A program made the position numbers and the translations under genes. Below the pieces are notes generated by a model, which saw only the letters and a program-made list of their open reading frames with translations, searched no databases and had not been told where the DNA came from. This document shows positions 12,801-24,800 of a stretch of 64,000 nt of DNA, one piece after another (positions within the stretch are counted from its first letter, which is position 1; each line of letters begins with the position of its first letter). The stretch comes from Trichoplax adhaerens (Eukaryota; Animalia; Placozoa). The stretch covers positions 6,501,607-6,565,606 of the forward strand of contig NW_002060945.1 in the NCBI RefSeq assembly GCF_000150275.1, in the 5' to 3' direction.

Positions 12801-15800
12801 GTCTGGCATTAGGAGTAGTATTTCACTTAATAGTAGACATTTAGATAAGGAAGACCCTAGTGAGTATAAAGATGAAAATAAACCAACGATAAGTCGTGAA
12901 TTAATAGCATTCCATAATCATGGCAACGACTGCGAAAATGGAGACGATATCATGCCAATCGATGACAGCGAAATTAGGCGTGCAAATTCAAATCTGTCTA
13001 CTTCCTTGCATACTCCAAATATGAGTAAAGCCAACTTTGACTCTGTAGCCCATAGTGATATCTTGGAAAATGGCTATGATAATCCCTATCCTGCTATGGC
13101 TAGTCCATTACCTGCATCGCCGCACCTATCGGTTCCTAACATGCAATCAAACATAGGTAAACTATTAACCATCATATTAGTCTGGACGCATGACAATATC
13201 TATTAGAAACTAATTGTTATACTATAAGACAAAACAACTGTCCAGATAAAATAGTGCAATCTTGGAAATTTTTGTTTGTTAAGCTCTGATTACAAAGATG
13301 TGACAGCGTAATTTTATAGATTTAGGCAATGATAATTTCTACACATTTAGTGTGAAATAATAACATATGAAGGATCCCTTTTATGCTAATTTAGTAAGTC
13401 TGAGAGCATTTCTAGATATCAACATACCTCATAACATGGATAAATGCATGAGTGAACTGTTTAATATTAGCCATTTGAATGTTGGCTATTAATAAATTGC
13501 TAATGAAATGGTCATATGGTTGAAGACATTAGTGGAATGCACCAGTTGCACATGGATAAAAATTATAGCTGAATCCATGTTATTATGCATTTGATAGAAG
13601 TTATTAAATTAAAGCGTTTATAAATATAAATATGCATTACTTAATTAGAATCATTGGTTAATGGCTTCTGTTAAGGAAGGAGTTTAGTACTGCTAATACT
13701 AGATAACTGAATTAGTAGGTGGTAATAATTTAGGAAATAAATTATCGCACTATATACACGGATACGGTAAAATTTATACAGCATCGGAAGCATGTTTATA
13801 GACCATCGATGGGTAGTAAATTCAGGATATCATATGATCGAAATGACTACCGTCCAATATTTATGGATGAACAATTAAATTTTATTATATAGCAATCTAT
13901 GTTGGGTTTTATAAAAATTTTGTCGCCTTCATAAATCAAATTATACAAGTCTTACTAGGTTAAAATCATTAACTAATGGGCATTATTTACGGATAGATAA
14001 TTATCGTATATTATTATATGACAATCTAAGCAATTTTTTATAAAATTTATCCAATACAAAATTATGTAAAAGCCTTAATAGCAATTTTATTTTTTGTTAA
14101 CAATGAAAAGAGCAGTCAATATGATAAAACTATATCGCAGATTTGAGTACCGTGTACAGTGTGATTTACTTATGCACCAACAGAGTTAGTAGTAAAAATC
14201 GAGACGGATAGGGCTAAAAAAGAGTTGTTTGCAATACCTTAGTAGCAAGAAATCATTGGATACAATTTACCACACTAAATTGCGTTGTTGCCGTTCGAGC
14301 TGCACCAACGACGAAGAAAACTGTCTGGAAACGATTTCGAAAAGTGTTACTTAAAATTGTACAGAATGTTCTGTTTGAAATCTTCATTATGAGCTGCGTT
14401 TTAGCCGATTTTGTGGTGATTGCTATATCGAATCCTTTGGAGCCAAAATTTTGGGAAAGTATGGCAGAATATGTAAGTTGTAATGCTAGTTGGCAATTCC
14501 TAAGTTCAATCTCAATCTTAACTTGTTCAATTCCGAAAGAAATTGATGTAGTACAGAAGACATCTGAGGCTGATCTAATCAATATGCTATAATTTGTTAA
14601 AAATGTGATTATAACACTACTTCTTTAATAATGGAATATAGGTTTTTGCCGCCCTTTTTTTTGTAGAAATGATATTAAAATTGATTGCACTTTCGCCGCG
14701 TTGCTATGTAAAAGATAGTTGGAATATCTTAGATGGCGTCATGACAATTACTGGTCTAGTCGATGTTATTCTAATTTTAGCTAGGATTAGTAGCCCTGCT
14801 ACATCTGCTCTTAAAACGCTACGTGTGGTATGTAAAGGCATTTTATCTACGATTCTCTCTCTATTTCTATCTGCTGTCCTTTTACTTTCGCTAATGATTT
14901 AAATGGTTTCGATAATTCTGATATTGTATTCAAAATTACTACTATACCCGGTACTGTTTTAACATCCGGTTAATTCCTCGCTCTTAATTACGGTGTTATC
15001 CTATTCGCGATTAATTCTTTCCTATTGCTGTATTAGTCTTCTTAAAAGCAAATGAATAATATTGTAATGGAGGGTTTAATGAGTCAGCGATAGCGGATTT
15101 AGTTGCCATGTAGAGGAATGCAGTAAGGTTTTAGTGGAAAAGGGATACTTCATTGTAGACTATGATTGCATACAATGTGGTAGTTACTATAGAATAGGAT
15201 GTAAGCTATCGTGAAGTAACATGAGAAAATACTAACACCGTGGCTATTGCAACTAACGAAATCTGAGGCAGAAATCATTGGTATTTATAGATTCAGAGAT
15301 AGGATACATTTCAAAGAAGAAGATTATAGTATTAGATACAAACTATACCATAATAGAATATCTATTAGCAACTTTCTGTAGAAAATAGCAAAGTCTGTAA
15401 GTGTTACTAAACATGACAAGCTCAATTTGGCTATATTACAGTAAGACTGCAAATATTTCTATATTTAGGAAAAATATTATATACCTACATTTGAGAATAT
15501 GCTAGAATAATAGTCCTATCTAAATACTCTACAACATTAATAGGTTTAGGCTGAAAATTTTGAATTGGACGTGGAAGATGTTCGGCGCTAGTGTACTAAA
15601 TATCGAACTATTTTCAATCATAATAATAGTATTACAGTAATTTGCCGTTGAATATCATTCTATCCATAATTCCATCTTTCTCTCAGCAATGTTAGTCTTA
15701 TTAAAATCAATTGAATTGAGTGATATCCCTACTTATTTTGTGTGGACAATTTCTATTGAATTACCGTGTTTTAGTAATTATCATTGAATATGATTCCCTA

Positions 15801-18800
15801 TATGATTGCCTCTTTCTCTTCGCAATATTAGTCCTACTAAAATCGATTGAAATGAGAGATATTATCTTTCTTCTAGATATTTCTTATTCTACGCGGATAA
15901 TTTCTATTGAATTACCATATATTAGTAATTATTATTGAATTTAATTCTCTGTATATTCACTTCTTTCTCTCTCTCTGTTGATTGAATCTCTTAAAATGAA
16001 GAGGAATATAGTAAATGATTTGGTTAAATCTTATTGACAGTTAATATAATTTCGATCATGTTCATTGTATTCTTTTAGTACGGTACTATCTATCCATGGA
16101 ACCGTCTCGGTCTCACTAGTTTAATTGAAATTAGTGTTCTATCCACTATTCTCTCAACTGTAATAATCTTTCAGAATGAATTCAAACGCAGTTATACCTA
16201 CTTTGTTTTCGATATTACTTATTACAGCTGCTTTTCTTACTATTATTATTTTAATAAGTTCAAAGTCTTACTGAATACGATGTATTCTATCTATGATAGT
16301 CTCCTTCCTCTTTGCCATAATATTAGTTTGACTGATATAAATCGTGTATGATAATATTCAACTTAGATATCTTTTACGATAGAGGTAGGACTGATTGAAT
16401 TATTTTAGCAACATTATTCTTGCATTTTGACCCTTATTCTATTTTATTTCAGTTTCGTATCTTTAAATTAGCCAAAACATGGGAAGCTATGCGTCGATTA
16501 TTGACAGCTTTAGGCAATAGCATGACAGCAATAATGTATGTTGGGCTAATGGTACTTATCTATCTCTACATCTTCGCGGTGATGGGAATGAAATTGTTTA
16601 AGAAATCATATGAAAAAAAATTTGGCAAAAATCAGCCTAGATTTAACTTCGATACCTTGCCTGACGCCTTTATTTTAATCTTTCGCATCTTGTGTGGGGA
16701 ATGGTCTGATCCCATATCTAATGCAGTTAAAGCTACGAATTCCTACGCATCGATTACTTTCTTTGTCGTTGCTTATGTCATTGGAAATTTATTGGTAAAT
16801 TTTACTCTAAATAACGTTTACAAATAGTATCTTCATCTTTATTAATCCATGATCGTCCACTATTTTTAGGTACTTAACTTATTCTTAGCCTTGTTATTAA
16901 GCTCACTGGAAGATGCTTCTGAGGATGATAATAATAGTAATGGGACTAAAAATGATGAAGATGTATCCAGGAATGAGAAATCTTCCTTCTTTCGAAGATT
17001 TCTTGGCCCAATAAGAAATAGTAAAATTTGTTCTCTTTGTGCTCGATGTCATTGCTCACTAAGCAAAAGAAAGCACTCCCTATCGGACTCTGATCATGAA
17101 TCTGTACCATCAGGTAGCGGTATTGATTAAGATAGACTCATTAAATTTATCAAAATGGATGATTTTAAATGTGCTTAAAATTCTTCATGTATTTAGATGA
17201 CAGACGAGAATTTTCAACCTCGAAATCGGATAGTAGACAGGCTTATATAGATCCTATAGCTGATGATGCTAGCTTAGCAGATACAGTCTCTTTCGATAAC
17301 CATGCAATTCGAATCAATACGGGTAATAGTTTCTTGTCCAACAAGGCTGAGAATAGGGATGAAACAGACAGCGCAATGAATCATGCTAATCGAAATGGAA
17401 ATATACTCATGAATCCTAGTACAGATAGCAATAATCATAGTATGGATGAGCATCTTAGACTTAATCACAGCCAATTGATTCAACAATCGCTGTCAACTGT
17501 ACATTTACCTAGCAAGAGTAAAGACGAATATATCGCAGAAGTTGAATTGGATAAGGGTTTAAATTGTAACCCAAATAGTAACGATCAGCTAGAAGTTAAA
17601 CTTACCGCTACTGATAAATCCACAAAACCAGTCGTCGAAAATGATGAGAGTCCAACTTTAACTACAGAAATCGAGGTAGAAGCTTCCCCAAATGCTGAAT
17701 TGGGTTTGACGAGCAAGAATAAGTCTGTAAGCGATAGTCATATCACGAATAAATCATTAACAAAGTCTATGGCTAGTGATGCTAGAAAATCTCGTAAGAA
17801 AAGATTTCATCGAAATAAATCAACAACAAATCAGGCTAATATTGCCCGTAAAGATAGTGAAATTCATGAATTGCAACAAGAAAAACGACCGAGGTTTCGA
17901 AGAAAGCGTAAAAGCAAAGTTGAGGATAGCCAGTTGACGCTATCTGAAGATACAATATCAACGCAAAAATCCAATAAAGGTGACTTAAAAGTAGAAAATA
18001 TCAATTATCGAATGAGAACCTTAAGAGGGAAGTCCAAGAAGGGATCACTTGAAATTGAAAATGCAAGGTCTAAAGATGCTTTTGTTTTAATCGAGACAGC
18101 AAAAGAAGATGGTAGGAGCACAGTTTTAGCTACTAGCGTTATCGTGATTTGTAAATGCACTAGAAGTTTTAAAGCGTCAGGTATCCTTTCTACTCTTTCT
18201 CGAATCATCTTCGGCTAATGCTAGCATTAATTTTTTTCTACAGAAGGTGATGAAGGTAGACAAACCACGGCGAACAATCTTTCTCATTCTGATCCATTAG
18301 ATAATCGAAATTTAGTAAACGCCAATAAGATGGAAACCCTTCAACAACGTATGATATTATAGCCTTGAAATAGTGTATGGTCTGCCAATCGATGCTAAAG
18401 TGTTATTTCTTTATTAATCTATCAATAGCAAGGGCTAGCATTGAAGCAAAGCAAGTAGTTCGTTCGTCTATAGCTATGTATGATGAAAAAGGAAACACTC
18501 AAGTTGATACTTCAGTAAATGGAAGGCAAGAAGAAAGCACTCAGATAGATTATTTAACTACTGAAAGGCAAAAGCGAAATATTCAGATGGATCAATTAGC
18601 TGATAAAAGATACAAACAAAACGCTCAGATGGATCAAGTAGATGATGGAAGAAAAGTGCAAAGTATTATCGTATCCGTAACCTCACCTAATTTAAGACAA
18701 GCCACAACTCTAGAATATAAACTTAGAAATAGAGTATGGAGTAACTCAATGCCACCCATCGATAGCAAAAGTGGCCTACCGAATAGTGAAAAGAATCGTA

Positions 18801-21800
18801 CTGAAGTTAGTACGCAAACAGAAGATCTGGATAATAGCGAAAATGATTCTAATTCAACTAAAATGTTTGAAAAAAATCAATATCTTACTGTTGGTATGGA
18901 TGCAAGAGGCAGTAGAAATAATTTACCCAATTCTGAGTCAAGGGCAAGATTAAGAGGTTCTACAAGTAGCCCCGGCAATATTGCTACGATTGGTAAAGAA
19001 TATGACCGATCATCAAGAAATTCTTACGGACCACCGGTGAGAGCTTTAATCGTAATCTTGACAAATCTAGCAGTTAAGGTGATTTTTTTACGGGTACTTA
19101 ATCGAATAGAAAATAAATAAAATGCAATTGATAATATTACTGACACTGGCAACTAAGAAAAGTATGGCACTATAGTGCCATATTTTAATGCTGGCTTTGA
19201 CTAGGCTGTCATTATAATCATTAAAATCTATTTTAAAGCATTAGTATGTAGAAAGGAGTATTCATGTCTGCAAGCATTTGAATTAATTAGTATCGAGTGA
19301 GCTACAGTTCTATTGACTCTTAATGGTATATACTTTTGTAGAAAAAAGTTTATCGATATCAGGTACCATCATATCTGGTATTTCAATAGGCTACAGTTGC
19401 TTAAGATGGCACCTATTTAGCAGATTATATTTCGGAAGACGCTGATGATTCATTATATAGACTTGAACTACGGTATTATAAGATCTTTAGTCGATAAATC
19501 TTGATCGCTATCATTGGTATTAAAGGGCTACAATTCTGTTTAATAGTATACACTATCATAGAAAAGTCTATCGAAATAAGGTACCACCGTAAATGGTATT
19601 TTAATAGGCTTCAAATGGTATATATGTACAGAAAATGGCTTTTATAATGATGATTATTCGTTAGATTCATTTATGCTTACATAGATTTGAACTACGGTAT
19701 TACAAAACTTTACTAGATAAATCTAGATGCTTTTCATTAGTATTAAAAGGCTACAATTCTATAAAAGTAAGTTTGTCGATATTAGGCGCGATCATAACTG
19801 GTATTTTAATGGGCTGCAATTGCTTAATTAAGATGGTACTATATACAACAGAAAAATATCTGGAAAAAATGTCTGCCATTATGAACATATATTGTATCCA
19901 TTTTGTGTTAGAATAGACTTGAACTACGGCATTATAAGATCTTTAGCAAATAAATCTTCATCACTATCATGAGTATTGACTAGGCTACAATTATTTTTGC
20001 TTTTCCAGTCTTTAGTAAAATAAAACTACAGTTCATATTAGTTACCATGATGAGTAGTATCAACTAGCTTATTCCAGTAATGTTTTGAAGATAAAGGTCG
20101 AGTCATCAGTCGAAACTTGATTAATTTCGGTTGTCATCCTGAATAATATTTTGGAACAAAGTCTTTGATAGAAAAGACGTTGTCGATGTTAGCAACTACT
20201 TCAATTAGTGTTTAAAAGGTGGAATCTTCTGTAGTTCCAGTGACATTGGTATTTAGCTATTTCAAGGATCAGTATTTCCGCATTAATTAATTATTTATTA
20301 TTCAATTTTGAGATGTTTATTAAAGTAAATTCGATGTTTTGATTTCGACAACAAGTTATTAAGTTAAAATCGATCACTATTGGTTTTTTCAATTTAACAT
20401 TGGTTGCTTGTTTTATATTACTACCATATTTTCACGTGACACATAAAATCCTTCCTTCGTACTAATTTGTTGATAAACTTGCAGGGGAAAGATAATAAAC
20501 TCTTGGCTCTATTTAGTACAGAAAGGGAAGTTCCATATTATTTTCCATGCTTTCTGAGAGATGCATTTCATTGTCAAATCACTTACGATTGGAGATTGGT
20601 TAGGGCAATTACTTATATTAGAAGGAAAGCGTTGCTAGTTTTGGATAGCAACATTACCCATAAAATTATCCTGCTATTAATCATAATGCATAGTGTTCTA
20701 TTGGTAAGTTAACTTGATAATTTTTATATAAAATCGATTTCATTTGTGTGCTATACACATTTTTTTTGCTTTAAATGAGATCCAAGGACCAATAAACGTT
20801 AGATGCAAGTCACTATTCCTTAGCGATTCGCTCATATATAAAATTTTATTAAACTTTTCGATATCGATGCAAATATCTAGAATATAGCATGCGAAAAAAA
20901 TAATTGTCGTCACTTGATATATTAATCATGTATAGGTCTTCAATGACAAAACTATTCAAAGCAATCAAAATATGAAGAACATTATCTTTAATATGGACTA
21001 TTATTTGACAATCTTCTTCACTGTTGAATTGGCTTTGGAATTTATCAGTTTTGGTCCAACCAGTTTTTGCACAAGCCCATGGAAAATCGTTGATGTCATA
21101 ATTGTGGCAGTAAGTTTACTCGTTCGAATGAATCAATATCAAAACCAAAATATTAAATGAGATACTATCATGAATTATATACAAAAATGATTTATTGCAA
21201 GTTTAGAATCGACTTTTTTATTGCTAAAACAGTCTAGCAATGGTACAAGTACGATCGATTATTGTTTAATTCTCATCTTGTTGTTATAATAGATGAAAAT
21301 TTAAATTTTTTTCCAATTAATTCTTCGTTAGCTATCGTTTGCTACGTATCACCTTGATCTGAGTGCATCTGTCAGTCAATCACTAGAATTTAATATCATA
21401 AACTCTATCCGTCCGATTAGGATTATCCCTCGTCTAGGTAGCCTACAGGTGAGCTTCGAATTCTATTTCGTATCTTTTCATTTCCTCCACAAGTATCTAA
21501 TCAGATCGCTTTACAAGGCCAATTTATCATTTAGAATTATAAGATTGACTATTACTGAGTTATAGTGTTGCAATGATGTGGAACAAAATTAAAAAAACTT
21601 GCAGAAATACGAGATTTCAGAACTTTACCAGAATTCTTTGTATAAAAACACACCTACTCACAGTCATAATCTTAACCAAATATATCTACTAGGAAGATCT
21701 TTAGCATCAACTTTTAAATTCTCTAATATTGCCTATTTATATACTTTTCCTTGCATCGCAAGTTAATATCAGTGTTGTAACATTCTACCCTTATTCCATA

Positions 21801-24800
21801 AATGCACAGATAATAATTAACAATTTCTATAGTATTCCATCAGACCATTTGCGATTTTTATAATAATTACAGTAATTCAATCACATGAATATAAATAGGT
21901 TTAAAATCTTTTAAAATTTCTAACTTGACTACAGTTGTGATTAGCAGCTAAACGGTGTTTGTTGTATTTGATATGTCCAGTATTTAAAAATAGGTAATTA
22001 TAATTGTAAGATAAAATTAGATGAGAATACATTATTAACATCAATATGTGATCTTTGTGTAATTTTTAAAATGGATATATAAGAATTTTCTATGTGAAAT
22101 AGCATAGCCTAGATCATAGCCCTAAATATGGCTAGTGAACTTCATCCATCACTATGGCATGTTGTGTTATTAGTGGAAGAACATAAGCACAAATTGCGTA
22201 GTAAAAAGATTTAATTTATGAGTTACTCCCGGAGTAATATCTTATAAAATAATAATATAGATACTTATCAGCATTTCTCTTCTTTATAATTTTATCAATT
22301 GGTTGAGTGATGTTACGATAATTTACCAGTATTCCCTTTGATCGCTTTTCTGACAAAATAATAATGTGCTGCTGATAAAAGATGAATATTTTTGCAACCG
22401 TTTAGGTCATTGTTGCAGCTTTAGTATTGTCTATTCCTTCTATCGTAAATGTCTTCTTGGTTTGTTCCATATTTTGGTTGATTTTCGCCATTACTGGAGT
22501 GCAACTCTTTGCCGGTACTTTTGGCCGATGTTTAATCAACGTAGATAATTCAACGCTAGCCAATGTTACTAACAAAACAGAATGTGACAATATGGGATAC
22601 TATTGGCGAAATCCTGTCATGAATTTTGATAATTTAGGCAATGCATTAATATCATTATTCCACATAGCAACGTTAGATGGCTGGAAAAGATTAATGAAAA
22701 GTGCCGTAGACGCTCGCGGGGTATTATAATAGTTCGTCGTTTGAGCGCGTATAATTTTATAATAACAATCATCATAGTCTATAGAACAGTGAAATAAGCA
22801 AGATTGGATGAGACAGTTATTATAAATCCTAATTGTTTAGTTACTTTATACTTCTAATTACAGGAATAATTGTAATTTCATCAATGCCTATTCGGAACAT
22901 ATCACGGCTATTTCGTTAATTGTCAAAATAATATATATTGTGCATTTAAATTATTTTGAAAACCGTAACTGTTCGTTAGTTAGAGCTATTGAGAATCCTT
23001 CATCACCTTAGACGGAATTGTAAACTAAAAGCTATACCTTAGCAAATTTCAAACATAATCTCCATTCGTCTAAACGTCATACAGTTTATCAATTTAAGAC
23101 GATGTTAAGTAACTTTTTCATTAATTATGGGCATTTACTGTAGGTAGTATTTGATCATATTAGAAAGATTAGAGGCTTAAAAGTCTTAAAGTATTACCGG
23201 GTGATAGATATAATCATATCGATCTTTAATCATACTACCGTAGAATATTTTTGTTAATCTGACCACTTTAATTCTATTGTTAAAAATTGTTAAGAAGCTT
23301 TTCATCGATTAATATCTATTCTATAACTATTTTAGAAATATTAGATACTTAAAAAATTTTAAAGTATTTCGAAGTGATAGCTATAATTGTATCAATCTTC
23401 AACCATACTATTTTAGAACATTTTCTTAGTTTAGGTACTTTTAATTCTATCACTAGAAATCTTTGACTAACTTTTCATTATTTGAAATTATTCTTTGATT
23501 ATTTTAGAAAGATTTGCAGCCTAAATCGTTGAACAATTTACCAGCACGATTATTTTTTATCGCATTTATCGTTGTTGGCGTATTTCTTACTCTAAATTTA
23601 ATTGCTGGTGTCATCATTGATCAATTTTATAGTTCACGCAAAAAGGTACGCATCAAAGGCATATTTGGACCTAATGAGAAAGTTTACTTACCTGCAAGCT
23701 TGACTTTAAGCAATTGATGCTTAGTAGAGTAAAGTTAAATTATTACCGTAAGCAACATTAAATTAAGTATTTGAATTTCCGTTATCTGATAGAAATCTGC
23801 ACGTCGCTATTTCACTTTAAAGTTAATCTAATGCTTTCCAAAGTTATGATGAACTCACGTAGAGTAGTACTAGTTTAGCACTGCGGTTAAATTATTATTT
23901 AGTATAGGGGCTACTAATATGTGCTGCAGTAATAGATCTCGCACAACAATTCATAAATGTGTGCACCCAGTAAATGGAGAGCTCTTCTTGTCGATAACTT
24001 ATTATAGATAGCGTTACAGTTTAAATTTTATTGTGATAATGCTAACTAATTTACTTAGATAAATCCAATTTGTCAGATTTATTGTAAACTTGGAGGAGTT
24101 GCTTTACTACAACTCGTTACAAGTCCCAGTAACACAATGAAAACTTTTAGTTCTAGATTCCCGATAAATATCTTTTAATTTACAGTCCCGATCTATCAGT
24201 TATGAAGTTAAAGGAGCACTAGCACTTAATCAAATTAAACCAAAGTCTTTAAACCAACTATGCCCCTTATTTCTATGTGAATTGAGTCAATTTTTAGCCC
24301 CTAGGTTCACAACACAACCAACTAACTCGAAATTCGAGTCTTAAAATTGAGCAAATCTCGAATGCGATATAAAATAGTCTGCACGTCTTTTAACTTATAC
24401 AGGCTATTCAATATTCTACATCAATGATGCATACTTTATACCACCAGCCTGATTGCACTTTTAAAACACATTACCACTGTCATAAGTTGAATTTATCATA
24501 CTACTATAGCATCAATTTTGTAGATCTTAAGTAAATGAACTGACAGTTATATACTGTATGCAATACTTAGAACTCGTAATACCTGCTGAAGTTAATATGC
24601 TATTTACAATATCATATAGGATTTACTAACAGCTTATAATGTTAATGAAATTTTAGTATATATCAAAACGTAGAGGCAACTCTATTCAAGCTTTGTTTAC
24701 GGAATCTCAACTTCATTGGTATAGAATGATGAAAAGACTCATGAAAGCAAAATTAATCAAGAGTGATCCACCTCCCACAGTAAATTTATAGTGGCCGAAA

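Noticed and set aside
19290-20010. CRISPR-like repeat/spacer appearance
   Set aside because: Eukaryotic intron; the units are homologous along their length and there are no unique spacers or cas genes.
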